A stretch of 64,000 bases of DNA from Obrimoposthia wandeli (lineage: Eukaryota), in assembly GCA_977020255.1 (NCBI GenBank), contig CDROCS010004085.1:248001-312000 (forward strand), written 5' to 3'. Positions 1 to 9,910 of this stretch are shown piece by piece; the first letter of the stretch is position 1; every line of letters starts with the position of its first letter. The notes beneath the pieces were generated by a model that saw only the letters and a program-made list of their open reading frames with translations, was not told where the DNA came from and searched no databases. The position numbers and the translations under genes are program-made.

Positions 1-569
1 ATGGGTTTAATGCCTAATTCAGCAAATACGTCTGCGGTTGGTCGAATTTCACCTTTGTAGATAACCTCTCGTTCGCCAATTAATACAGCAGCAACATACG
101 ATAGCGGTGTTAAATCGCCACTGGCACCGACAGAGCCTTCTTGAGGAATACGAGGTGAAATATCGTGGTTGATTAACGTTATAAGCTGATTAAGCAAATC
201 GTGACTCACGCCTGAAAAGCCTTGAGACAAAGAACACAAACGTGTCGCTAATACTGCGCGGGCTTGCTGGTGGTCAAGATTTTCACCTAAGCCACAGCCG
301 TGAAAACGGGTTAAGTGGAGTGGTAACTCATCAACAAGGTTGGGTGGAATCGCGACAGTGCATGAATCACCATAACCGGTAGTTACACCATAAATAACGC
401 CTTCTTCTTTCAAAAGGCGCTCTAGAAATGCAACACTACGATCGATTTTCGCGGTGTATTCAGGGGTACTGTTCATGGCAGCTGTTGCGCCATTGGCGAT
501 AGACATAACATCTTCAATGGTGAGACGTTCTGCGCCAAAGGTAATAGGTTGCTGTGTATTATTTGTCAT
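1..569 (-). CDS. Aromatic amino acid ammonia-lyase (HAL/PAL/TAL family), N-terminal part; runs off the left edge
   Basis: Manual translation from ATG at 569: MTNNTQQPITFGAERLTIEDV...IYGVTTGYGDS...LTRFHGCG...GSVGASGDLTPL. Contains the YGVTTG loop and the MIO-forming ASG motif. Absent from the ORF track because its stop lies outside the window. Confidence 0.9.
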   Translation of the reverse strand, partial: MTNNTQQPITFGAERLTIEDVMSIANGATAAMNSTPEYTAKIDRSVAFLERLLKEEGVIYGVTTGYGDSCTVAIPPNLVDELPLHLTRFHGCGLGENLDHQQARAVLATRLCSLSQGFSGVSHDLLNQLITLINHDISPRIPQEGSVGASGDLTPLSYVAAVLIGEREVIYKGEIRPTADVFAELGIKP

Positions 570-2247
570 TATCTTTTCCACTTAACTGCCAGAAATTAAA
601 GAAGTTGTACCATTGTAGTGGTGCTTTTATCGTGTAATGCTCTAAACGATTTGCATATTGATTGACCACTTGGGTAAGGGCTTCTTCACGTTGACCTCTG
701 GGCAGTTTGATTTGTTCGCTAAAAGGTTCAAAGTAGACATCAAAGTGCGGTGTCTTTTGATTATCATCCCTAAGTCCAAATAAGAGGTAAACCGGTGCTT
801 TTAGCACGGTTGCCAACATGAATGGACCTTGAGGAAATGGCGCTGGTTGACCAAGAAAATCAGCCCAAACAACACGTTGCTCTTTGGTAACAGAGGTGCG
901 ATCGCCAACAATGACAATCCACTCTCCTTGTTCAATTTTTTGCTGCAGTAAAATGGCGGTATCTGGCCCAAGCGTACTGACTTGAATAAGATTGAGATCA
1001 GATTTTGTGTTAACAGCCTTCATGACGGCATTAAAACGTTCAGCATGTTCGGTAAAAACTAACGCGTTAATTTTTATATGCGTATGACGACGGCTTAATG
1101 CTCGGCAAAGTTCTAAATTGCCTAAATGGGAACCGATAATGACCACGCCACGCTGCTGTTTAACAATGCTGTCAAAATGCTCTTGACCATGTATGGTTAG
1201 GTTTTTTTCAGAAACGTCGCCGCGCCATGCTGCCAGTTTATCCAGCATGGTATGGCCAAAAGACAATAAATGGTTATAGCTACTGAGCTTGGCGGGTAAT
1301 GGTATATTCTGCTGCTGGGCGTGTTTTCTAAGTTGGTTAAGGTATTCTTCTGATGCCTTGCGCGCTTTTTTGCCTGTTAGGTAGTAATACGCCATAACTG
1401 CTTTTAATAATAAATTAAAGGCTGTACGTCCTAATAATGCATATACCGCTAGCAATGCTTTAATACCAAGGATTGTGCCGCGTTCAGTGTGCGATGACCA
1501 ATGTTGTTGCTGGCTGGATTTGCGTTTTAATAGCTTAGGAATTCGCGGCAACATGCCAAAGAATAAGCGGGTATGCATGGCGCTGATTTTCACATTGTCC
1601 CACAATGCATCGAAGTGAGATATTCCGCCTTCTGGGTAGATCACTTTGGTATCAATAAAGCGAACATCACAATCGTCCCAATACATACGAACCATGATTT
1701 CGGTATCGAAATCCATGCGTTTACCAAGACGATTACGTTCTAATATCTTGATAGTGCGGCCAATAGGATAAGAACGGAAACCACACATACTGTCTTTAAT
1801 GGTGAAAGATAGTGTTTCAATCCATACCCAAATATGCGTGGCATAACGCCCATATAAGCGTGATTTAGGCACCGATTCGTCATATACCGGTTGACCAGAA
1901 ATGAGCGCTGTAAGATGGTTTTTCGATTCCGTAATGAGTTTGGGTAACGCGTCTAAATTATGCTGCCCGTCTGCGTCGATTTGAATCGCATGGCTGAAAC
2001 ATTGTTCATACGCTTGATAGATTCCCGCGGTAACCGCGCTGCCTTTTCCTTGATTCTCTGAAAGTGAGATAACAGTGACGTTGTCACGCTGCGATTGCTG
2101 ACTCAAGATTTTTTGTGTGTTTGTTTCGCTACCATCATCAACCACGATAATAGGGAAGCCATAAGGTGCAAGCGAGTCAATAACAGCAGGTACTGTTTCA
2201 CCATGGTTATAACAAGGTATGAGAAAGCAAGGGTGAAAGGTCGTCAT
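559..2247 (-). CDS. GT2 glycosyltransferase fused to a lipid A-type acyltransferase domain (ApeJ-like)
   Basis: N-terminal IPCYN..VVDDGS..QIDADGQH GT2 motifs; C-terminal HLGNLE acyltransferase motif and QWYNFF end; APE cluster context. Confidence 0.85.
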   Translation of the reverse strand: MTTFHPCFLIPCYNHGETVPAVIDSLAPYGFPIIVVDDGSETNTQKILSQQSQRDNVTVISLSENQGKGSAVTAGIYQAYEQCFSHAIQIDADGQHNLDALPKLITESKNHLTALISGQPVYDESVPKSRLYGRYATHIWVWIETLSFTIKDSMCGFRSYPIGRTIKILERNRLGKRMDFDTEIMVRMYWDDCDVRFIDTKVIYPEGGISHFDALWDNVKISAMHTRLFFGMLPRIPKLLKRKSSQQQHWSSHTERGTILGIKALLAVYALLGRTAFNLLLKAVMAYYYLTGKKARKASEEYLNQLRKHAQQQNIPLPAKLSSYNHLLSFGHTMLDKLAAWRGDVSEKNLTIHGQEHFDSIVKQQRGVVIIGSHLGNLELCRALSRRHTHIKINALVFTEHAERFNAVMKAVNTKSDLNLIQVSTLGPDTAILLQQKIEQGEWIVIVGDRTSVTKEQRVVWADFLGQPAPFPQGPFMLATVLKAPVYLLFGLRDDNQKTPHFDVYFEPFSEQIKLPRGQREEALTQVVNQYANRLEHYTIKAPLQWYNFFNFWQLSGKDNDK

Positions 2248-2597
2248 TACTTGGACCTCAATTTAATACGACCAGAAGAGTGTGTGCCTTTATCTGACGT
2301 GTAAACGAAGTGCAATTTTTGTTTTTCATCTGACCATGTTAACGATAATGTGAAGATACTATCGGGTAAAATAGGTTCTTGAAATTTAACTACTTCCATA
2401 CCCGCAAAAAGAGGGTTGGCATGAAGTAATGTTTGACCATAATGCATAGCCCAGTCGATTTGCGTAACACCAGGCAGTAAGGGATGAGATGAAAAGTGAC
2501 CTTGAAAGTCCAATATATCAGCATCAGCTTTTAGCGTGAGTTCGACGCTATTGTCTGATATGTGTTGAGCAATAATGGTTGGCTTACGTTTTATCAT
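2247..2597 (-). CDS. ApeI-like hotdog-fold dehydratase
   Basis: FQGHF..P.LPGVTQ FabA/FabZ-like motif; 116 aa; cluster position. Confidence 0.85.
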   Translation of the reverse strand: MIKRKPTIIAQHISDNSVELTLKADADILDFQGHFSSHPLLPGVTQIDWAMHYGQTLLHANPLFAGMEVVKFQEPILPDSIFTLSLTWSDEKQKLHFVYTSDKGTHSSGRIKLRSK

Positions 2598-2621
2598 TAT
2601 GATCTTATCTACCGTGTTAAT

Positions 2622-4100
2622 TTAATCGATGAACAATTGTTCTAAGTCTCGTACTAAACGCTTACCTTGGCTATTTAGCGGTATTTCATCAACGGTTCGG
2701 TAGCGGCGGGGCACCCCAACGGGTTCGACTGATTGCCGTAAGGCTTGCCGTAATTTTAGCCAAAACTTTCCTTTGCCTAATGTATCAATGGTTTGCTTAC
2801 CATTTTCAGACAATGTGATCACTGCCGCTAGAATCAGTCGGTTGGTTTCTTCTAATGGCAATACCGCAGCCTCTTCAATCCAATCTAATTCGCATAAGCG
2901 CCGTTCAACTTCGGTTAATGAAATCCGCTTTTCTTCTATTTTTACAATGCGATCAGCTCGTCCTTTTAGCATAAAGGTACGCTCACTTAAGCATGCGCAC
3001 TGATCGCTGGTTTGATACCAATTCTTAGGGTCGATAAAAGGCGATAATAAGCGTAAACAGCCTTCAGCATTTAACACCATATTAATCGCAGGAAATAGTA
3101 ACCAAGGTGTTGTGGCATCTTGTTGTTGTCGATACCCAATGCCACCCGTTTCAGTGCTGCCAAAAACTTCAAAAGGGCGTTGTTCAAACAGATTATGGCT
3201 GTGTTGTGCAGCATCGAATGACAGTGGGCCACCAGATGAGAAAATTGCACGATACGGCTTAGACTCGTGTTCGTTAGTTAGACGTTTTAATAACGCAGGG
3301 CTACTAATTAGCGTGGTGTCTTGGTTTGCGTGAGTGATGACTTGTTCTGGGTAAACCACATTTAAACGATCAAATGCACGACCCGCACATAATGGCCATA
3401 AAATACGAAATAATAAGCCGTAAATATGCTGATGTGACACGGTGCTTGTGATGGTTGAATTTGAAAGCTTTTCACCCCAAACCGTATCAAGCTGTTCAAT
3501 TTCAGCATCGAGTAACGAGAGTGTTTTCTCTATTGCTTTGGGGGTGCCGTTTGATCCTGAAGTAAATAACGTTAAACAAATAGTATTAAGAAGTAATGGT
3601 GTAAATAGGGGGCTATTTGTTGCCGTAGAGGTACTCATAATAATAAGCGATGCAGCATTTACGGTGAGCAGCTCGATATTTGTAGTACAAAGTTCGACCA
3701 TGCCATCATGCAAAACGGCATCAAAATGTGGTGTTAGCTCAGCTAAAGCGGCTGGCTGGTAGTTACCCGGTAAGATGATGTGACGATTAGCGTGTGCGGC
3801 AGCCATAAAAGCGACCGCAAAAAAATAGCTATCTTCAAAGCAAATAGCCCAACGTTGATGCTTACTGGCGGTAAGCCGCTGGGTTAACGCATTAACATCT
3901 GAGCGAAACTGAGACCATAATACGTTACCGGAAGCTATACTATTAAAAGGCTTGCTATTAGACATTACGTTATTAGAAATCAAGCTATTAGAAGCCGAAG
4001 AATTAAACGGTGCGATAGCCACGGGGTGCGTATCTGGCCAAGGTTGAGCCATCAAGTTAGTCAGTGATTTTAAGGTCATAATGGCATCTGCTTCTTTCAT
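2622..4100 (-). CDS. AMP-binding acyl-CoA/acyl-ACP synthetase (ApeH-like)
   Basis: FTSGSNGTPK A3 motif, FGSTETGG, GRADRIVKI. Confidence 0.88.
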   Translation of the reverse strand: MKEADAIMTLKSLTNLMAQPWPDTHPVAIAPFNSSASNSLISNNVMSNSKPFNSIASGNVLWSQFRSDVNALTQRLTASKHQRWAICFEDSYFFAVAFMAAAHANRHIILPGNYQPAALAELTPHFDAVLHDGMVELCTTNIELLTVNAASLIIMSTSTATNSPLFTPLLLNTICLTLFTSGSNGTPKAIEKTLSLLDAEIEQLDTVWGEKLSNSTITSTVSHQHIYGLLFRILWPLCAGRAFDRLNVVYPEQVITHANQDTTLISSPALLKRLTNEHESKPYRAIFSSGGPLSFDAAQHSHNLFEQRPFEVFGSTETGGIGYRQQQDATTPWLLFPAINMVLNAEGCLRLLSPFIDPKNWYQTSDQCACLSERTFMLKGRADRIVKIEEKRISLTEVERRLCELDWIEEAAVLPLEETNRLILAAVITLSENGKQTIDTLGKGKFWLKLRQALRQSVEPVGVPRRYRTVDEIPLNSQGKRLVRDLEQLFID

Positions 4101-4106
4101 AATGCT

Positions 4107-4670
4107 TTATTGTTCCTGCTTTCTTTTAACCCATTGACGAATAAACCATTCACCAATAAAGAGACAACCAGCCAATAAGTAACTGATGAGTCCGTTATAC
4201 AGGGTCCAGACTTCTAACGTCATAAAGCACGTTGTTAATGCAATTGAACCGTTGATGATAAAAAAGCCACACCAAACTTTGGTCACTGTACGGGTATAAC
4301 GAATACCACTATCGGGTAACTCTGGTTCTTGTAAGCGAGCAAAGCGTTCAATCATTGTTTGCTTTTGCCATAAACTGGCACTGAACAAACCTAGCATTAA
4401 GGTATTAACGATAACGGGATAGAAGGTAAACCATCCTTCTTGTTTAAATAAGCTGCCAAGTAAAGCCAGCACGATACCAGCCCCACCACTTAGCCAAGCA
4501 ATGTATTTTAGTTCGGGTAAGCGAGTTTGATTTCCTGCAATAATCCGAAGCAAAAATAGCACCACTAGCAATCCAGCAACAACACCGAGCCCCCAACGAC
4601 TAAGCCCGTAGTAAACGGCTAATGGATAGGCTAACAGTGCAATTGCTGACAGTATTGTCAGCCAGCGCAT
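4107..4670 (-). CDS. COG4648-like membrane protein (ApeG-like)
   Basis: Multiple hydrophobic segments; ERFARL and WTLYNGLISY motifs; directly downstream of two ACPs. Confidence 0.75.
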   Translation of the reverse strand: MRWLTILSAIALLAYPLAVYYGLSRWGLGVVAGLLVVLFLLRIIAGNQTRLPELKYIAWLSGGAGIVLALLGSLFKQEGWFTFYPVIVNTLMLGLFSASLWQKQTMIERFARLQEPELPDSGIRYTRTVTKVWCGFFIINGSIALTTCFMTLEVWTLYNGLISYLLAGCLFIGEWFIRQWVKRKQEQ

Positions 4671-4927
4671 TATTCAGCTGTTAGTAGTTCAACGACAGCA
4701 TCAACGATATCGTCAACGGTGCGAACTGCTTTAAATTCGTCAGGTTTGATTTTTTTACCCGTTAAATTTTGTAGATGAACAACAAGGTCAACGGCATCAA
4801 TGCTATCTAAATCAAGTTCTTGATAAAGTTGAGCTTCAGGTTTGATGTCATTAGCATCAATTTCAAACAGTTCAACCAATGCATCGCGCACTTGGTTGAA
4901 AACTTCGTTACGATTTACTTCTGTCAT
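4670..4927 (-). CDS. Acyl carrier protein
   Basis: LDLDSIDAVD phosphopantetheine motif; acidic; 85 aa. Confidence 0.92.
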   Translation of the reverse strand: MTEVNRNEVFNQVRDALVELFEIDANDIKPEAQLYQELDLDSIDAVDLVVHLQNLTGKKIKPDEFKAVRTVDDIVDAVVELLTAE

Positions 4928-4991
4928 AATGTATACGCTTTTTCTGTGCCTACAAATGTTGGCATTACTTATGGCTAGGTATGATGTTTAG

Positions 4992-5249
4992 TTACGCTTT
5001 GTTCTTTGAAATATAACCCGCAAGGTTAGCAACTGATGAAAAATGATCGCGTGTATTGGTATCATCTGCATCAATAATAATGTTGTATTTTTTCTTAATG
5101 GCTAAGCCAAGTTCTAATGCATCAATTGAATCGAGCCCTAAACCGTCACCAAAAAGAGGTGCATCTGTTTCAATATCATTAACCGTGATGTCTTCAAGGT
5201 TAAGTGCTTCAATGATGAGTTCTTTTAATTCGATTTGTAATTGTTCCAC
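4992..5249 (-). CDS. Acyl carrier protein
   Basis: GLGLDSIDALE motif; GTG start. Confidence 0.92.
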   Translation of the reverse strand: MEQLQIELKELIIEALNLEDITVNDIETDAPLFGDGLGLDSIDALELGLAIKKKYNIIIDADDTNTRDHFSSVANLAGYISKNKA

Positions 5250-5283
5250 TGTGGCCTACTTATTTCTATTAGAGTGCTTATTA

Positions 5284-6072
5284 TTACTCTGAAGGTGGAA
5301 AAAGCATCGTAGCAAGGTGGCGGTTAACATGCCTTGCTGCCGATGTTGCTGAATCAGCCTTACAGATAAAAGGTGTAACGGCTATCTTACCTTTCACTTC
5401 AACACGAAAAAAGGGTTTAGTATCGGGAACTTGGTACCATTTCATCTCTTTTGTCAAAAAAGTGGGTGCAACCGTGATATGAATGACGCGTAAGTCGGTT
5501 TTTGTTCTGACTGCAATTTGTGCAGCCCCACGTTGAAGTTTAGATGTTTTGTTTGGTGTCGTACGTGTACCTTCAGGAAATACGAGTAATACATTCCCAC
5601 TTTCTAAGCGTTGATTGCAGTCTTCAATTAAGCTTTCAGGATCTCGATTGGGTATATATCCCGCGGCTTTTACTATGCCTTTTATAAACGGGTTATGCCA
5701 AATACTGGCTTTAACTAAACAATCGCACTGTGGTAGGCACGAGGCAATAAGAACATAATCGATCAGACTTGGGTGATTGGCAACAATTAAGCAATTACGA
5801 TCTTGCTGCAGTGTTTCTACGCCTGTAAATTTGTAATCGATAGCGCCGAAAAATTGCATTGTTCGACAAAAAAAAGCAAAGGATTGCTGAATAACCGACT
5901 GTATACGCATTTCACGTTGATGCTGATTGTTAGCCGATATTGTCATGATTGGAAAAGCGATGAAGGTAAGGCAAAGCGCCCCTAAACCAAAAATAAAAAA
6001 ACATAGGCCAGTCGCAAATACTCGCCACAATTTGTTGATTCTTTGTTTGACTGTAAGAGGTCGAGATTCCAT
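5284..6072 (-). CDS. Lysophospholipid acyltransferase family protein (ApeD-like)
   Basis: NHPSLID (NHxxxxD) and FPEGTR motifs; ATG at 6072 preferred over the longer ORF start at 6135. Confidence 0.85.
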   Translation of the reverse strand: MESRPLTVKQRINKLWRVFATGLCFFIFGLGALCLTFIAFPIMTISANNQHQREMRIQSVIQQSFAFFCRTMQFFGAIDYKFTGVETLQQDRNCLIVANHPSLIDYVLIASCLPQCDCLVKASIWHNPFIKGIVKAAGYIPNRDPESLIEDCNQRLESGNVLLVFPEGTRTTPNKTSKLQRGAAQIAVRTKTDLRVIHITVAPTFLTKEMKWYQVPDTKPFFRVEVKGKIAVTPFICKADSATSAARHVNRHLATMLFPPSE

Positions 6073-6076
6073 CGTG

Positions 6077-6826
6077 CTAACGCTTCCAATGCCATAGCGT
6101 GCGAGGTGCAGCAATTGTCCATTCTTGTTTATCACTTATTAAATTAGCGATTACATTCAGTGTTTGCGGGTATTGCTGTTTTGACTCTTGTACGTTTTTA
6201 TTCTTGAGCCCAGCTTCCCAGGTTAACTGATAGCTATCTCCACCTGAAAGAATCATACCCAAGGCATAGCCGTGATATGTTGGCGTGTTTAGCTCTGCGG
6301 AATCAAATTCTTGATAGGGTTCAGGAAGAGGCTCATCGAAATCAACCAATAACACGTTATGTTCAGGGTTATCGCTTAAGTAAGCTGCACTTTCAATTAA
6401 AGCGGCATGAAGTGTGTTCTCGCAAGCACCGAGCGAGGTAACCGGAATCGCCTGTTTTGTTGCTATCGTGTATAAACCTGCAGCCGTATTATGTACTGAC
6501 TGAGAGAATGCAATCGGCGAGGCATCGTCACCCACTAAGATATCTTGCATTAACTTCACTGTTCTTGTGAGTTCGCCGTGGCGGCTGGCAAAAACGATAT
6601 AGTCAACTTTATGATTTTCCGTTAATGCGAGTGCTGTTTGCATTGCCAGTTTACTTAACGTGCTCATTCGACGGCGCATCATCGGCGGTATCAAATGATG
6701 AGGTACAGGCGTTAGTGGTTCTGGCCACAGCTTTTGATTGCTAGCCCACTCTTGCCACGCATTATGATCTGATAAGCCAGAAGATAGTGCGAGAAAATTA
6801 TTTATATTGAAATGTACACTGTTCAT
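6077..6826 (-). CDS. Beta-ketoacyl synthase chain-length factor (ApeC-like)
   Basis: PPMMRRRMS..SRHGE..SPIAFSQSVHN, typical of KS N-terminal-like CLF; first gene of the minus-strand cluster. Confidence 0.85.
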   Translation of the reverse strand: MNSVHFNINNFLALSSGLSDHNAWQEWASNQKLWPEPLTPVPHHLIPPMMRRRMSTLSKLAMQTALALTENHKVDYIVFASRHGELTRTVKLMQDILVGDDASPIAFSQSVHNTAAGLYTIATKQAIPVTSLGACENTLHAALIESAAYLSDNPEHNVLLVDFDEPLPEPYQEFDSAELNTPTYHGYALGMILSGGDSYQLTWEAGLKNKNVQESKQQYPQTLNVIANLISDKQEWTIAAPRTLWHWKR

Positions 6827-6988
6827 TTTTGGTATTGTATACTCGTTGGCTTATTAGTTCTATCAGTAATATTAATGAATGCGCCATAAGTTGCACTCTG
6901 GGTGAATGCATTTTTGTACTTGATTATCTGTTAACAATACAAAAAAACACCGATAAAAGCCCTTAACTATTAAGAAAAAGGAGAAACA

Positions 6989-7375
6989 ATGAAACTACTT
7001 AAAGGTCTGACCATTGCTGCAATATTATTAGCGGTTTCAGGTTGTAGTCGTGTACAACCAATCCATAATATAGAGAATACCCCAGTTGCTTATAACCTTC
7101 AAATTTCTCAGGTAAAACAATCGATTATCGAGTCTGGCATGAGCCGTGGTTGGATAATGACTGAAACTAAACCCGGTACTATTCGTGGCGAATATTCTAA
7201 GCGATCTCATGATGCAGTCATTGATGTTGAATACAATAATAAAACCTACTCAATTAACTACGTTAGTTCAGAAAACCTCAAGTATAGCGACGGTAAAATA
7301 CACCGTAACTATAACCGTTGGGTAAATAACCTTGATGTCGACATTAAGAAAAAGCTGGCGATGTTAGCCCTTTAA
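6989..7375 (+). CDS. Lipoprotein (ApeA-like)
   Basis: Lipobox VSGC after a hydrophobic signal; IHRNYNRWVNNL C-terminal motif; GGAGA RBS. Confidence 0.75.
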   Translation: MKLLKGLTIAAILLAVSGCSRVQPIHNIENTPVAYNLQISQVKQSIIESGMSRGWIMTETKPGTIRGEYSKRSHDAVIDVEYNNKTYSINYVSSENLKYSDGKIHRNYNRWVNNLDVDIKKKLAMLAL

Positions 7376-7563
7376 TTCTTAAAGCCGTTTAAGGGCGTGT
7401 ACCGTACATAAGATTTTATCGCGGCGTCACATTCTATTCATTTGATAGGTTATGATGTGGCGTGTTGATTGTGGAATTCAGAAATTCGTCATTTTTTTGT
7501 CCTTGAACAACATCTTATTATGATAATTTACTCAAACTACATATTTTATCTTTCGCTTTCATA

Positions 7564-8643
7564 TTGGATTTATCTGTGACTTTATATCAAAACGACCCAT
7601 TTAATGCACTTGATGCAAAAACAGAAGCTCAAAAGTTGGCTTTTGCTCCTATCGTTTTTCATACCGCAAGAACACTACGTGATTTAGGTATTCTTGCTGC
7701 ATTAGATCAAGCGGGCAAGCAAGGGCTCAATGCAGTAGATGTCGCTGCAAAAACCAATGTGAGTGAATATGGTGTAAAGGTCTTACTTGATATGGCATTA
7801 AGTGCGCATATTGTTACGTGGGATAAACCTAATTATGTTTTGGCGAATCTAGGCTATTTCTTAGCGAATGATGGGATGACTCGTGCCAATATGGATTTCA
7901 CTGCAGATGTTTGTTACGCCGCAATGATGCATTTGACCGAAGCGATAGAAGAGGGAACGCCTGCTGGTTTGAAAGAGCTGGGTGATTGGACAACGATCTA
8001 CGAAGGCTTGTCTCAGCTACCAGAAAAAGCGAAAGAGAGTTGGTTCAATTTCGATCATTTTTATTCAGATCGGTCTTTCCCTGTGTTACTCGAACGTGTA
8101 TTTGCCGATAAACCCAAGCGATTATTTGATATTGGTGGAAATACGGGTAAGTGGGCATTGCAATGCTGTAATCATAATCCTGATGTTGAAGTGACTATTA
8201 TTGATTTGCCTCAGCAGATCGAAATGGCATTAAAAAATGCGGATGAAAATGGTTTTGCTGATCGCATAAAAGGTTATCCAACCAATATGTTGGATGCTGC
8301 TAATTCACTGCCAACGGGTGCTGATGTGTGGTGGATGAGTCAGTTTTTGGACTGCTTTTCACCAATGGAAATCCTCAGTATTTTACGTCGTGTACGTGCC
8401 GCAATGTCTGATGATGCGAAGGTCTATATTCTTGAGTTGTTCTGGGATTCGCAACGCTACGATGCCGCTGCATACAGTTTGAATGCCACCTCGTTGTATT
8501 TCACATGCCTTGCTAATGGCAACAGTCGTTTTTATCGAAGTGATGATTTTCTAGAAATAGTCAAAGAGGCGGGTTTTGTGGTTGCAACACGTACCGACGA
8601 TATCGGGCTTGGTCATACTTTACTAGAACTAAAAGCGGGCTAA
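7564..8643 (+). CDS. SAM-dependent O-methyltransferase (ApeB-like)
   Basis: FDIGGNTGKW SAM motif, IIDLP, WMSQFLDCF; N-terminal dimerisation-like region; start codon uncertain (TTG). Confidence 0.85.
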   Translation: MDLSVTLYQNDPFNALDAKTEAQKLAFAPIVFHTARTLRDLGILAALDQAGKQGLNAVDVAAKTNVSEYGVKVLLDMALSAHIVTWDKPNYVLANLGYFLANDGMTRANMDFTADVCYAAMMHLTEAIEEGTPAGLKELGDWTTIYEGLSQLPEKAKESWFNFDHFYSDRSFPVLLERVFADKPKRLFDIGGNTGKWALQCCNHNPDVEVTIIDLPQQIEMALKNADENGFADRIKGYPTNMLDAANSLPTGADVWWMSQFLDCFSPMEILSILRRVRAAMSDDAKVYILELFWDSQRYDAAAYSLNATSLYFTCLANGNSRFYRSDDFLEIVKEAGFVVATRTDDIGLGHTLLELKAG

Positions 8644-8756
8644 TACTAAGGGCTGTTAAACGTTCATGCCATTAATATTGCCATTGGTAGATCTTTTACA
8701 GCCTGTTCTTATTCCAACCTAAATAAGTTATGAGCATTTACTTACCTCGATTGGTA

Positions 8757-9650
8757 TTACTCACTCAACGTTGGCAAGTTGGTATTCGCCACTTGGTATG
8801 AAAAAGTACTTGAATCTGCGGCTTCAAATAATGGTGTCGCTTGATCTAACCAATTCACAATGCGCTTTTGATTATCAGGAAAAGCGTTGGTCATTGCCCG
8901 GGCATGATTACAAGAATCTAATCGCCAGAAAGCTTTGTCACCAGAGAGTTGTTGATAAATTTCTTCGCCTGACGCTATGGGTACAATACTGTCTGATTCA
9001 CAGTGAATCACTAATGATTGCATTTCAGGTAAGGTCGCGACAATTTCTTTCGCCGCATAATTGTCACGCATTACAAGGTGCGCAACCCATGAATATAATT
9101 CTCCAAACGTCCCTTTATCTAATACAAATTTGGCTTCATCAACATAACTTGTAAACGATGAATCAATAATGATCCCATCAAGGTCAATAGGGTAATCAGC
9201 TAGTGCTCGCAAGAAGATATTACCGCCAGTAGACGTCGCAACAATGAAGGCGGGTAACTGAGTATTTGTTTGTAATTCTTCTATGTGTTTCAAAATACTG
9301 ATTGCGTCTAAATAGGCCGATTTATCGCCAGCAGTGCCCGTTGAATGACCAAAGCCAGAGTAATCAAACACCAATACATCATATCCGTGTTTTGCGAGCC
9401 AATCGACTTTTTCTTGTGTTTGCTCCATGTGTCCGCTGTTTCCATGGAAGTGCACAACAAAACCTCGATGCCTAATATCCTCTTCTGCTGGTATCCATAA
9501 ATGGGCAATGTGATTACCCGATTCTGACTCAATCCAGCGAATATCTGGGTTAAGATTTTGTGCTTTGGATGGCGAGAAAAAGGCTGTGTTTGCACACCCT
9601 TGAGTCAAAAATAAGATAACTATTAAACCAATGAAATTTTTCATTATCAC
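8757..9650 (-). CDS. Alpha/beta hydrolase, probable lipoprotein
   Basis: Lipobox TQGC; HFHGNSG, FDYSGFGHS, ATSTGG nucleophile elbow, IHCESDSIVP, CNHA. Confidence 0.8.
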   Translation of the reverse strand: MIMKNFIGLIVILFLTQGCANTAFFSPSKAQNLNPDIRWIESESGNHIAHLWIPAEEDIRHRGFVVHFHGNSGHMEQTQEKVDWLAKHGYDVLVFDYSGFGHSTGTAGDKSAYLDAISILKHIEELQTNTQLPAFIVATSTGGNIFLRALADYPIDLDGIIIDSSFTSYVDEAKFVLDKGTFGELYSWVAHLVMRDNYAAKEIVATLPEMQSLVIHCESDSIVPIASGEEIYQQLSGDKAFWRLDSCNHARAMTNAFPDNQKRIVNWLDQATPLFEAADSSTFSYQVANTNLPTLSE

Positions 9651-9910
9651 CCTCCCGATTTTGTTATTTGTACGGAAGAAAGTAGAAAATGGTTCATATT
9701 AATCTCATCTCATTATTTCTTATGATATTGATTGATGATTCAAAATGATATTCATTCACTAAATGTTAGTACTGCTGAGTATTCATCGTTAATTGAATGC
9801 AGATAATTTGGTATAATTCTCATAATAGAAATTACAATGATTTTATGAGCTAAAGAAAAGACGGGTTGTTATGAAACGTAATAACCATTACTTGAAGCTC
9901 ACTGCCGTTT

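Noticed and set aside
8646-8706. Imperfect inverted ends GGGCTGTTAAA..TTTTACAGCC resembling a MITE
   Set aside because: Short and mismatched, no second copy in the window; a terminator between convergent genes explains it
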